Positions 1-8,823 of a stretch of DNA of 34,051 nt are shown in pieces. The stretch spans positions 1-34,051 of the IMG/VR virus record IMGVR_UViG_3300020061_000017. The stretch is one strand, 5' to 3'. Position numbers and translations under genes: made by a program. The DNA is from a virus. Lineage: Duplodnaviria; Caudoviricetes. Within the stretch, counting starts at the first letter, position 1. Every line of letters begins with the position of its first letter. The notes beneath the pieces are model-generated. The model made no database searches and was not told where the DNA came from. It saw nothing but the letters and a program-made list of their open reading frames with translations.

Positions 1-1183
1 GGGACTAGTGCCGATCGAGGACGTGGTGCCGGGGGAGGATGAAGCGCTTACTAGTGGCGGCTACAAACTGATTCGCGACAAGTTTGACCAAGGCCAACAA
101 GCCACTGTCAAAGTCCTCACACAGACCGGGCAACTGGTTTGTACGCCAAATCATAGAGTGGCCGTACTAACAGACGTTTATGGAGGGTACGTTTGGAAAG
201 AGGCATCGGAACTACAGGAGAACGATCGCCTTCTGTTCTCTGCGGTTGCTATTGATGGCTCCTACACAGTGCTGCCCGCGTCTACTTACGAGAAGCCTGA
301 GAGGGCGTACACGGCCAAGAGCATCTCTATACCAACGCTGGATGTCGAGATGGCGTGGTTTCTGGGCTATTACCACGCAAACGGTCACAGCGCCATTCGC
401 TATAGATCACCTGGAAAACGTAACTCGGTTGTTTCGGTGTGCGTGCCCAATGCTGCGGCCGGTTTGGCGGAAGTCTGTAAGACACAGCTTGAACGTTTCG
501 GGACCAACGTTCGTGTCGGCAAGGGGGATGGTGACTGTTCCATCGTGAAAACCGCAAGTGTTGCCTTGGCTCTTTGGTTTCAAGAGAACATGAAAGAGTC
601 GAGCCAGCCGTTCCGAGTCCCTGACTTTATCTTACAGGGCACGGCGGAAACGCGATCCGCGTATTTGGCCGGGGTCATGGATGGAGACGGGTCAGTGTCA
701 AGCCGTCCGATACAGGTGATGTCGTGCGTGCATCTGGGGTTTCTGCATGACTTACAAGCCCTGTGTGCGTCTCTTGGGTTCGCAACGCGATCCCATTGTA
801 ATCGCCCGGCACAGGGAAACTGGAAGCCGCTCTATCGAGTGCTGTTGAAAGGGACTAAACAAGAAACGCAGTTCTATGCAACGGTCGGGAAGTTCCTCAA
901 GTACAAACAAGAGGCCGCAAGAACACGCAGCAAGGAAATGTTTTCCTATTCCTTTCCTGCGGGGATGATTCAGAAGACGGCAGACTCACGACACAAGACC
1001 CATTACCACCAGAACCACAAGGTCAACTGTCCGATCGAACTTTGGGAAGAATTGACGGAGACGAAATACCCCTTCACCCCCGTTGCCGTGTTGGAGAGGG
1101 AGGACTACGAGACGTTGCCGACTTGGGACATTGAGGTTGACGAGTATAACGAGTTCTACTGTAACGGCTACCTCGTTCACAAC
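1..1183 (+). mobile_element. Intein with LAGLIDADG (DOD) homing endonuclease inside nrdJ (N-terminus lies upstream of the window)
   Basis: Block B LVCTPNHRV; LAGLIDADG-like motifs AWFLGYYHANG and AYLAGVMDGDGSV; blocks F/G TWDIEVDEYNEFYCNGYLVHN, followed by Ser (TCA at 1184) as the +1 nucleophile. Confidence 0.93.
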
Positions 1184-2386
1184 TCAGCTCTCATTAGCCT
1201 CTCAAACCTCACAGATCAACGCATGCGCAACGCGAAGTCTGGTCAGTGGTGGGAGAGCCACCCCGAGTACAGCCTCGCCAACAACAGCGTTGCGTACACG
1301 GAGAAGCCCGACACCGATGCGTTTATGCAGGAGTGGCTGGCCCTCTATCAGAGCAAGTCGGGGGAGCGAGGCATCTTCAACCGCGACGGCGCGAAGCGAA
1401 AGATGAAGCGGCTGGGTCGCCGAGACCCGGACCATGAGTGGGGCGGGAATCCGTGCCTGGAAATACTGCTGCGATCTTTGCAGACGTGCAACCTCACTGA
1501 AGTAGTTGTCCGGCCGGAAGACAAGATTGAAACGCTGTTGGAGAAGGTTGAGCTGGCAACAATCCTCGGCACGATCCAGAGCACGTTCACTACGTTCCGA
1601 TACCTACGGCCGGGGTGGAAGCGAAACATCGAAGAGGAGCGTCTGCTAGGCGTCAGCTTCACCGGCATCTACGACAACAAGCTGACGAGCGGATGGGGCG
1701 AAGAGTGGAATGAGCTAGACGCCAATCAGCAATGTCTGAAAGCGAAGGCGATCGAGACGAACAAGATTTGGGCAGAGAAGCTGGGCATCAATCCGAGCAC
1801 GTCAGTAACCTGCGTGAAACCGGCAGGCACGACGAGCAGCCTGAGCAACACGGCCAGCGGCATCCACCCGCGACACGCACCGTTCTATCTCCGAGCTGTG
1901 CGGCAGGACAACAAGGATGCATTAACGAAGCTCATGAAGGACCAAGGTATCCCGAACGAGCCATGTGTCACGAGGCCGGAGTCCACGACGATTTTCTACT
2001 TCCCGATGAAAGCTCCGGACGGGGCGACCACGAAGGAGGACCTAACTGCCCTGAATCACTTGGAGCTTTGGAAGAAGTACAACACCAACTGGGCCGAGCA
2101 TACGGTGTCGGTGACAGTCTCAGTCCGAGAGCACGAATGGATGGAAGTTGGGGCGTGGGTCTACAAGCACTTTGATGACATCACCGGCATCTCGTTCCTG
2201 CCATTCGACCAAGGCACGTATAAGCAAGCTCCGTTCCAGGCCATCACGAAGGAGGAATACGAAGCAGCGGCAGCGAAGATGCCCGCCTCAATCGACTGGT
2301 CGCAGTTGACGAAGTACGAGATCGAGGATGAAACGACAGGAAGTCGTGAGCTGGCGTGTGTTGGTAACGTCTGTGAGATAGCGTGA
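2..2386 (+). CDS. nrdJ: Class II (adenosylcobalamin-dependent) ribonucleotide reductase, intein-containing, 5'-truncated by the window edge
   Basis: The C-extein has SALISLS, the finger-loop motif GGNPCLE...TCNLTEV, TCVKPAGTTSSL and a C-terminal redox Cys pair (ELACVGNVCEIA). The frame is open from the window edge and no beta-subunit gene follows. Confidence 0.93.
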   Translation, partial: GLVPIEDVVPGEDEALTSGGYKLIRDKFDQGQQATVKVLTQTGQLVCTPNHRVAVLTDVYGGYVWKEASELQENDRLLFSAVAIDGSYTVLPASTYEKPERAYTAKSISIPTLDVEMAWFLGYYHANGHSAIRYRSPGKRNSVVSVCVPNAAAGLAEVCKTQLERFGTNVRVGKGDGDCSIVKTASVALALWFQENMKESSQPFRVPDFILQGTAETRSAYLAGVMDGDGSVSSRPIQVMSCVHLGFLHDLQALCASLGFATRSHCNRPAQGNWKPLYRVLLKGTKQETQFYATVGKFLKYKQEAARTRSKEMFSYSFPAGMIQKTADSRHKTHYHQNHKVNCPIELWEELTETKYPFTPVAVLEREDYETLPTWDIEVDEYNEFYCNGYLVHNSALISLSNLTDQRMRNAKSGQWWESHPEYSLANNSVAYTEKPDTDAFMQEWLALYQSKSGERGIFNRDGAKRKMKRLGRRDPDHEWGGNPCLEILLRSLQTCNLTEVVVRPEDKIETLLEKVELATILGTIQSTFTTFRYLRPGWKRNIEEERLLGVSFTGIYDNKLTSGWGEEWNELDANQQCLKAKAIETNKIWAEKLGINPSTSVTCVKPAGTTSSLSNTASGIHPRHAPFYLRAVRQDNKDALTKLMKDQGIPNEPCVTRPESTTIFYFPMKAPDGATTKEDLTALNHLELWKKYNTNWAEHTVSVTVSVREHEWMEVGAWVYKHFDDITGISFLPFDQGTYKQAPFQAITKEEYEAAAAKMPASIDWSQLTKYEIEDETTGSRELACVGNVCEIA

Positions 2387-2751
2387 AGCAGCCAGTCCTC
2401 AACATCGAGGTGACGCCGTACAAGAACCACCTCCGGCTGTACACGGACGAGGCCAAGTACATCGCAGCGGTCAAGGAATACGACCCGAACATGGACGAAG
2501 AGCGCGTGCAGTGGTGTCAAGGCCAATGCACTTCTTGCCAAGACGGAGCACTGATCGTTGGCTACTTCAACGGCGGGCTGGAGGTGCTGGTACACGAACT
2601 GACACACGCTGTCTTCTACATCTTTGAGCGGGTAAGAACAGAGGCGTCCGCAGCTAATAGTGAGCCGTTCTGTTACCTACTAGAGCATCTAACGAAGGAG
2701 TGTCTCAACGCACTCAAGGAGAAGACACGAAAACCAGCACGGGGAAAGTGA
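2383..2751 (+). CDS. Phage protein with HExxH (zincin-like) motif
   Basis: VLVHELTHAVFYIF...SEPFCYL; GTGA overlap with the nrdJ stop. Confidence 0.7.
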   Translation: MKQPVLNIEVTPYKNHLRLYTDEAKYIAAVKEYDPNMDEERVQWCQGQCTSCQDGALIVGYFNGGLEVLVHELTHAVFYIFERVRTEASAANSEPFCYLLEHLTKECLNALKEKTRKPARGK

Positions 2752-3083
2752 CCAAGGGTCAGCAAAGACGATTTGACGCCATGCTCGACGCCGGCTGTGT
2801 TGCTTGCCTCTTACGAGGACATCCCCGACAACCGGGAGAGATACACCACCTACTCTCAGGTGGACGCCGCAGAGGCCACGAATTTTCAGTTTGCCTTTGC
2901 CCCGGACACCACCGAGCAGTGTGCGACTTGCCGTACAAGGAATGGAAGGAGATACACGGGCCGTCACTTGCCAAGGAGCCACGGAAGTTTAAGGAGGAGT
3001 TCGGGGACGACGAGTTCCTGCTGGAGATACAGGAGAACATTGTCAGAGGCTACTTGGCCGCATGGGCCAGCGAGTACAGCTAG
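2748..3083 (+). CDS. Ref-family (recombination enhancement) HNH nuclease
   Basis: GCVAC...EIHHLLSGGRRRGHEFSVCLCPGHHR...HGPSLA...F...FG matches the P1 Ref-like Zn-binding HNH pattern. The GTG start at 2748 overlaps the upstream TGA. Confidence 0.8.
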   Translation: MTKGQQRRFDAMLDAGCVACLLRGHPRQPGEIHHLLSGGRRRGHEFSVCLCPGHHRAVCDLPYKEWKEIHGPSLAKEPRKFKEEFGDDEFLLEIQENIVRGYLAAWASEYS

Positions 3084-3298
3084 TGGACATCATCGACAGG
3101 AAACAGTGTAACGAATACAGAACGGAGATAGACATCCTGCTAAATCTCATGGGACACCCGGAAGCTCTCGTCTCAGATCAGACAACACTGGGAGACTTTG
3201 AACAGTACGAAGACATCAAGGCAGTGATAGGAGATGCAGCACCAGGAGACTTTCTCTGGGAGCTGGGAAGGAAGATATGCCGATACAGTGGGGATTAG
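3062..3298 (+). CDS. Hypothetical protein
   Basis: 78-aa ORF in operon orientation that fills the gap; start uncertain. Confidence 0.6.
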   Translation: MGQRVQLVDIIDRKQCNEYRTEIDILLNLMGHPEALVSDQTTLGDFEQYEDIKAVIGDAAPGDFLWELGRKICRYSGD

Positions 3299-3369
3299 GG
3301 GGCTTTCCGCTTCGCTCCAATGAGCAACATCCGTAACAAGCAACTAACACACGAGGTAACAGGCAACAG

Positions 3370-3885
3370 ATGAAAGCTCTAATCGCCGCAATGGCGCTCA
3401 CGCTCTTCACGGCTTCTGCCGCAGCAAGCAGCGCAGCGATCACAAAACCCACCGTAGAACAGTACCGCGCTGTCTACTCACAGACTGACGCTCTCTACCG
3501 CGCCAACACTCTCCCCGACCTCAACGTCTTCGCAGACATGCTTGCGAACGGCTGGGTCAATGCTCATCGACAGCAGGCACTAGAGCGCTCCAAGGCTCAG
3601 CTTGCCAAGCCCGAGTTCGTGTGGGAGCTACCGTATGCGAACGACTGGATTGGCTGCATTCTCTACAACGTAGCCTCCACTCCCGACATCTTCGAGAAGG
3701 TGCATTTCTCTACGTTCGCTGATGAGCCGTTCCTCAATGGCTGGATCAGCAAGAACGAGGAAGCGCTCTCGAAGGACCCAGAGACCAAGGAGTTCGTCGA
3801 GAAGCTGAAGGTGCTTCCGGAGATTGCGGCTCAGTGCGAAGACCTGGTTCGTGAGCAGCCGCCCGAAGGCGCACACAACATCTGA
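3370..3885 (+). CDS. Exported protein with Sec-type signal peptide, function unknown
   Basis: N-terminus MKALIAAMALTLFTASAAA|SS (basic, hydrophobic, AxA); GAGG upstream; typical codon usage. Confidence 0.75.
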   Translation: MKALIAAMALTLFTASAAASSAAITKPTVEQYRAVYSQTDALYRANTLPDLNVFADMLANGWVNAHRQQALERSKAQLAKPEFVWELPYANDWIGCILYNVASTPDIFEKVHFSTFADEPFLNGWISKNEEALSKDPETKEFVEKLKVLPEIAAQCEDLVREQPPEGAHNI

Positions 3886-4076
3886 TGAACAAAGTCCGCA
3901 TCACTCACAGCGCGCTTGTTTCTGGGACGACCTTATACGTAGACGACCGTCACTGGGAGGCGTTGAAAACGCTGACCAGCAACGGCTTGCTGGCCTTCGT
4001 CCACACAGAGAGCAGTCGGGAGTTTGTGCCTATCGCCGAAGCCTACGGCATCGAATCTGGGCTGATCGGTAACTGA
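3885..4076 (+). CDS. Hypothetical protein
   Basis: TGATG-coupled on both sides. Confidence 0.65.
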   Translation: MNKVRITHSALVSGTTLYVDDRHWEALKTLTSNGLLAFVHTESSREFVPIAEAYGIESGLIGN

Positions 4077-4291
4077 TGAGCAAACAGAATGATCGAGGCA
4101 GCATAGAGCTAACCCTGAAGATCAAGAATGTCGGTGGCGAGGAAGCTTCTGCTTCCGCTCTATGCCAAGTCTCTGACTCAATCGCACTCCGTCACCTGAG
4201 CATGGACGCATTGTTTATGTACTTCTGGGAAGACGTAGCTCTTGACCAGTTGACACGAAACATGCGGATCGCGGCGAAACAAGATGAGTAA
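4076..4291 (+). CDS. Hypothetical protein
   Basis: TGATG-coupled start; overlaps the next gene by 8 nt. Confidence 0.65.
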   Translation: MSKQNDRGSIELTLKIKNVGGEEASASALCQVSDSIALRHLSMDALFMYFWEDVALDQLTRNMRIAAKQDE

Positions 4292-4511
4292 AGGCAAAGA
4301 CGGGATGACCCCGGAGCGCTGGGCTCAGATCAAGGCAATGCCTCCCCAGCACGGACGCTGGCTGCACATATCGAAGCGGGCAGGGATGATTGATAACCCT
4401 GTTGATCCCTTGCTCCCCAAGATTCCCTACGTTGATCCGGTAGGCAGAACGTACCGCGTAGGCCGTAACGAAGAGAAGCGGATGAAGAAGCATTTGATGG
4501 GTTTGCGGTGA
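4284..4511 (+). CDS. Hypothetical basic protein
   Basis: Coupled ORF in a tightly packed array. Confidence 0.65.
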   Translation: MSKGKDGMTPERWAQIKAMPPQHGRWLHISKRAGMIDNPVDPLLPKIPYVDPVGRTYRVGRNEEKRMKKHLMGLR

Positions 4512-4798
4512 GCGAACGAACCCGCTGTTACTTCTACATCAAGTGGTGCAGCAGAAATGAACTTACATCGGAACAGTGGTACGACCGAGACAGTAGGTTC
4601 ATGGCGTGGGTCAATACCATTCCAGACGGCATGGCGACAGCGCTTCTCTACGCCGACTCTCACGAAGACGTACCAGCCAACGAGGCGATTGAAACGATTC
4701 CCTACGATCCAGAGGCGGTGCCAGCACGATGGAGATTCGCCACACACACGTACGTAGACAAGGGGGAACGCGGTTCTCAGGAGGGTAGCGGTCCATGA
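4508..4798 (+). CDS. Hypothetical protein
   Basis: GTGA and ATGA overlaps at the two ends. Confidence 0.6.
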   Translation: MSERTRCYFYIKWCSRNELTSEQWYDRDSRFMAWVNTIPDGMATALLYADSHEDVPANEAIETIPYDPEAVPARWRFATHTYVDKGERGSQEGSGP

Positions 4799-5641
4799 GT
4801 AACGAGAACATCGTGCTCGTGGACTATTAACGACATCTGTGTTTACAGCGCCGCATGCGCAGCAGAGACCGTCAGCTACCGCTACAACGGGACGGAGTAC
4901 GAAGGGAAGAGAAAGCTAAAGGAAGCACATCCAGAAGCAGACGAAGAGCAGATCGAGACGATCGTCAGGGCTCAGCCCGAGTCGCACGCACGTCAGAACT
5001 GCCGTCAACTCCTTCAGTCAATCCTCGATGCGTGTGCGCCGGTCAAGAGCTACAAAGGATTCCTTACGGGTCCTGGCAACTTCCGCTACGAGCTAGCAAC
5101 GATACAGCCGTACAAGGGAAATCGGACAGCAGCAAAGCCGACGTGGTTTTCCTCGGTGCAGCAGTTCCTCATCGAAGAGTGCAACGGGGAGATGGTGGAA
5201 GGGATCGAGGCAGATGATGCCTTGGTGATTGAGTTCCTCAAAGACCCGAAGCACTCCATCGTAGCTACACGGGACAAGGACCTGGCTCAAGTCGAGGGCA
5301 TAAGACTCTACGACTGGAAGAAGAAAGAGATCAGATACGTCAGTCCGGAAGAAGCCAAGAGGAACTTCTACACACAGTTGTTAACGGGCGACGCGACAGA
5401 TGCAATCCGTGGTGTTCCGGGGATGGGGCCTAAGACAGCAGCCAAAATTCTGGGGAACCACACCAATGAAAAACTCATGTTCACCCTGACCTACGCCGAA
5501 TATTTACGAGCCTACGGCAAAACAGCGTGGGCGGCGATGAAGGAGAACGCGCAACTGTTATTTCTGTTGCGGAAAGAAGAGGACATAACGAACCCGTCTA
5601 CCGCGTGGGTCCCTCCTATGATCCCCCAAGGGTCTTCATGA
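4795..5641 (+). CDS. T7 gp6-like 5'-3' exonuclease (FEN/PIN fold), interrupted by a +1 frame discontinuity at ~4825-4831
   Basis: AGGAGG SD, then ATG 4795 encoding MSNENIVLVDY* (TAA 4828). The +1 frame continues DICVYSAACAAE...FLTGPGNFRYELATIQPYKGNR...EADD...RDKDL...LLTGDATDAIRGVPGMGPKTA. The ORF-track start at 5156 is truncated. Confidence 0.88.
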
Positions 5642-6156
5642 CGGGCGCTGAAAGTGAGTCAGAGGGGCTGACTTGCTATCGATGCAAATGTGTAAAGACC
5701 CGAGAGTTCTTCGTCCAACACGGCTGGTACAACTGCAAAAAGTGCAAGGAGTGCCACCGACAAGACTCGATCCGTTGGCGTAATAAGCACCGCGACAGGT
5801 TCAACGAGAGGATGTGGGAATACTACGGAGAGAATCCAGATCGACGACTGTTCAAGGCGACATGCACGACGGCCAAGAAGAAGGGGTTTGAGCACGACAT
5901 AAAACGCACCGACATCCTAATTCCCGAATCTTGTCCGTATCTCGGGGTGCCCATCGATCTTGAGAGGACAAGGAATCAACGAAATAGATACGGACCCTCT
6001 GTGGATCGGATTGATTCTAGCAAAGGCTATATCAAGGGGAACATTGAAGTCATCTCATATCAGGCTAACAAAATGAAGAATGACGCCACAGAGGACGAGC
6101 TTATCGCATTCGCCATTGGTGTTCTGAGGAAGTATCGCCCTGAGCTACTGCCATGA
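5638..6156 (+). CDS. HNH-type (homing) endonuclease with N-terminal Cys-rich Zn-binding domain
   Basis: CYRC...CKEC at the N-terminus; CPYLG...PSVDRIDSSKGYIKGNIEVISYQANKMK core; ATGA overlap at 5638. Confidence 0.8.
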   Translation: MTGAESESEGLTCYRCKCVKTREFFVQHGWYNCKKCKECHRQDSIRWRNKHRDRFNERMWEYYGENPDRRLFKATCTTAKKKGFEHDIKRTDILIPESCPYLGVPIDLERTRNQRNRYGPSVDRIDSSKGYIKGNIEVISYQANKMKNDATEDELIAFAIGVLRKYRPELLP

Positions 6157-6404
6157 AGCACGTTGCCTACGGGATTCTTGGATTCATTGCCCTTTCCGGA
6201 TTCGGCTCTGCCATCTACAGCCTGCGTAGTCCGCCCTATGTGAGCCGTCTCATCTGCAAGTCATCAGGACAGCCGGAGGAGATGGGGCGGGGCGTCATCA
6301 CATACAGCAACGGCCTCTACTACTTCACGAAGGGAAGCAAGATTGCTACGTACGATAAGAGCCTGTTCGAGGCCTGTGTGATTTTACCGGAGACAGCCGA
6401 ATGA
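6153..6404 (+). CDS. Small protein with N-terminal transmembrane/signal segment
   Basis: MKHVAYGILGFIALSGFGSAIY; ATGA overlaps. Confidence 0.6.
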   Translation: MKHVAYGILGFIALSGFGSAIYSLRSPPYVSRLICKSSGQPEEMGRGVITYSNGLYYFTKGSKIATYDKSLFEACVILPETAE

Positions 6405-6631
6405 ATACGGGAATGCGCTTTGAGGAGTTCGAGATTGGGCAGTTCTTTTTCACTGGTACAGGAGCGTGGTACTGCACTGACAAAGGGACGAGGGTAGTGG
6501 TTGCCATCGAAGCCAAGATGTCAGCGATGGTCGGTCCTCCGTATGACGCCGTAGAGACAGTGTTTGATGAGCACGATTTCGGCGGATGTTCCACAGAGCC
6601 CTTCGACATTCCGGAGCCGGATGAAGGCTAG
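6401..6631 (+). CDS. Hypothetical acidic protein
   Basis: GGAG SD and ATGA overlap; FEIGQFFFTGTGAWYCTDKGTRVVVAI beta-rich pattern. Confidence 0.7.
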   Translation: MNTGMRFEEFEIGQFFFTGTGAWYCTDKGTRVVVAIEAKMSAMVGPPYDAVETVFDEHDFGGCSTEPFDIPEPDEG

Positions 6632-7046
6632 GAAACCGAGGAAGCCAAGGAAGGCTGGGCCAAAGAAACCAAGGGCACCACGAGTAGCGAAGACCAGGGC
6701 AGGCGGCACGATGACAGAGGCGGCGTTCTTCTCATTTCTGAGATCGTCGCTTCGCCAAAAGAGCCGGAGGTGGGCGCCGATTTATCAATGTCTCAATGCA
6801 GCGAAGCGGCCGAGCAAGAGCCCGAACAAGCGACTGAAGTGGGAAGCGCTCTGCGCCAAGTGCCAAGGCTGGTTTCCGTTAGCGAAGATCACCGTGGATC
6901 ACATCCTCCCGGCCGGAAGCCTCCGGTGCTTTGAAGACCTTGCAGGATTCGCCAAGCGCCTGTTCTGCGAGAAGGAAGGATTGCAAACACTCTGTCTCGA
7001 TTGTCACCAGATCAAAACGAATGAGGAAAGGAATGAGCGGAATTAA
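6621..7046 (+). CDS. Phage HNH endonuclease
   Basis: FLRSSLRQKSRRW...CAKC...TVDHILPAGSL...LFCEKEGLQTLCLDCHQIKT; GGAG SD before ATG 6621. Confidence 0.85.
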   Translation: MKARKPRKPRKAGPKKPRAPRVAKTRAGGTMTEAAFFSFLRSSLRQKSRRWAPIYQCLNAAKRPSKSPNKRLKWEALCAKCQGWFPLAKITVDHILPAGSLRCFEDLAGFAKRLFCEKEGLQTLCLDCHQIKTNEERNERN

Positions 7047-7116
7047 ACAGTGGGCAGTGTGGGTGTTGGGCGGGCTGATCTTTCTCGTCATTGCGCACTA
7101 CATGTGGAACGCATGA
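7033..7116 (+). CDS. 27-aa single-pass membrane peptide
   Basis: GAGGAAAGGA upstream; MSGIKQWAVWVLGGLIFLVIAHYMWNA; ATGA-coupled to the next gene. Confidence 0.55.
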   Translation: MSGIKQWAVWVLGGLIFLVIAHYMWNA

Positions 7117-7565
7117 GTGTCATTAGCACGGCGCTGAACATCAACGCCGACGAACAACAGCAACAGGAAGGCACTTCAACGCTGGACATCGCCAGAGCCA
7201 TCCACAGGGCGAGCTGGAAGTACAACGAAGGCAGGACAATTTCTGATATTCCGTTCTTCGATAATTTGAACGTAGCAGCGCAGGTGTTACTGGCCGACAT
7301 GGCTGTCGCAGCGGAGATGATATTCGATCGCTACTCACACGAGACACAAGAGCTACAGCTCTGGAACGTGGCGAATGTCCTGTTTGAAATCTACACCAAC
7401 AAACATCCTCTCAGTTCGGAGGGTTACGGCGACTGGGACTCCGCTCCGGCAGACTTGAAATTGTTTTGGCACCGCGTTGCTGAGGACTGCATGACGACCT
7501 ATCAAGACGTGAAGCACAAGCCTCGTGGTGAGGCGTGGATGGACCTCTCCGTGAGTACACAGTAA
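7113..7565 (+). CDS. Hypothetical protein with two similar helical halves
   Basis: ATG 7113 overlaps the upstream TGA; the two halves share an A..I/L....F/WD.....A pattern. Confidence 0.65.
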   Translation: MSVISTALNINADEQQQQEGTSTLDIARAIHRASWKYNEGRTISDIPFFDNLNVAAQVLLADMAVAAEMIFDRYSHETQELQLWNVANVLFEIYTNKHPLSSEGYGDWDSAPADLKLFWHRVAEDCMTTYQDVKHKPRGEAWMDLSVSTQ

Positions 7566-7898
7566 GTGGGTACATGGTACGGGGAGCTTGCTGGTAGCGC
7601 GCAGATGGCGTGTGCATTCGAGGGAGTCCCGATAACTAATCAGAATCAGAAGTCTCGCCCTGATCTCTTCATGCCTCGTGCTCACCTCTTGGCTGGCGAT
7701 GTGTTGGCCTTCGGGGACAAGAAACACCCCGGCGCTCCGTGGCTGAAGATGTCGATCGCAGATCATCTGGCAGCGAGCCAGAGGCACTACCTGCAATGGC
7801 AGACAGGGGACACCGCGGACAGCGAGAGCGGTCAGAGCCATCTCGTTCACGCGCTCGTGCGTCTCGCTATGGCCGTTGAGCTAGAGGCCACCAGTTGA
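7566..7898 (+). CDS. dATP/dGTP diphosphohydrolase-like protein (DUF5664 type)
   Basis: KSRPDLF...VLAFGDKKH...W...AASQRHYLQWQTGDTADSESGQSHLVHALVRL fits the family pattern. The start may be ATG 7605. Confidence 0.8.
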   Translation: MGTWYGELAGSAQMACAFEGVPITNQNQKSRPDLFMPRAHLLAGDVLAFGDKKHPGAPWLKMSIADHLAASQRHYLQWQTGDTADSESGQSHLVHALVRLAMAVELEATS

Positions 7899-8644
7899 GG
7901 ATCGTCCTGTTTGACGTCGAAAGCGCGCCTAACACTTGCTACACATGGGGCCTCCACAACCAGTTCATCGCCGTCAATCAGATTAAGAACCCGCAGCGCG
8001 TGATGTCGTGGGCTGCCAAGGTCTACGGCGAGAAAGAGATGCACTACGCCGACGAAACGCAGCGAGGCGGGCACAAGGCAATGGTCAAGAAGCTGCACTC
8101 CTTCTTGTCAGACGCTCACGGAATTGTTTCCTACAACGGCGTGGGCTTCGACAACAAGATGATCAATGCAGAGTTCGTCAAGTACGGATTGTCCCGTCTT
8201 GCACCGACGAAGCAGATCGACTTGCTGAAGGTCGTCAAGAAGAACTTCCGCTTCCCCTCAAACAAATTGCAGTACGTGTCGAAAGCGCTGGGCATCGGTC
8301 AGAAGGTACAGCACCAGGGGTTCGATCTGTGGGTCGGGTGTATGGAAGGCGATCCGAAGTGCTGGAAGAAGCTTGAGGAATACAACAAGGGAGACGTGCT
8401 CCTCTTGGAACGTCTGTACGACAAGCTTCAGCCGTGGTTGTCGAACGGCCCGAGCCATTCGCTGATGTCTGAGGCCCGCGTCTGTCCTGAATGCGGCTCG
8501 AAGCATCTGCAAGAGAGGGGCTATCGCTACACCAAGACGGGCAAGTACAAACGCCTGCAATGCATCCCGCTGGGGCACTGGTCATCGGAGAGGGTAAGCA
8601 CAGTGGACAAGGACAAGCGACAGAACATTCTGGTGAGCCTGTGA
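7895..8644 (+). CDS. DnaQ/RNase H-like 3'-5' exonuclease with C-terminal Zn ribbon
   Basis: LFDVES (ExoI), SYNGVGFD (ExoII), SNKLQYV, YNKGDV (ExoIII), CPECGS; TTG start after GAGG. Confidence 0.88.
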   Translation: MRIVLFDVESAPNTCYTWGLHNQFIAVNQIKNPQRVMSWAAKVYGEKEMHYADETQRGGHKAMVKKLHSFLSDAHGIVSYNGVGFDNKMINAEFVKYGLSRLAPTKQIDLLKVVKKNFRFPSNKLQYVSKALGIGQKVQHQGFDLWVGCMEGDPKCWKKLEEYNKGDVLLLERLYDKLQPWLSNGPSHSLMSEARVCPECGSKHLQERGYRYTKTGKYKRLQCIPLGHWSSERVSTVDKDKRQNILVSL

Positions 8645-8823
8645 GCAACACCGACCTGATCCGAGATGCTGTCCGTGCTGTCATAGCCCTTGAGCAACTG
8701 GAGACGAACAGTTCTAAGACATCCTCCATCACACGCAACATCCAACGCTACATCCTCACAGACATGAGACTCCTTGCACACCACTACGCCATTACAAAGG
8801 AACAGTTCGATGAATACCTGTGA
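8641..8823 (+). CDS. Hypothetical protein
   Basis: GTGA-coupled start at 8641, within the longer ORF called from 8491. Confidence 0.6.
   Translation: MSNTDLIRDAVRAVIALEQLETNSSKTSSITRNIQRYILTDMRLLAHHYAITKEQFDEYL

Noticed and set aside
4855-5217. 120-aa ORF from the ORF track
   Set aside because: An alternative frame over the true exonuclease coding region.
4508-5641. Readthrough fusion of the 4508-4798 ORF with the exonuclease body, which share a frame
   Set aside because: A strong SD and ATG at 4795 encode the expected IVLVD first strand in another frame; readthrough would lose the first catalytic Asp.
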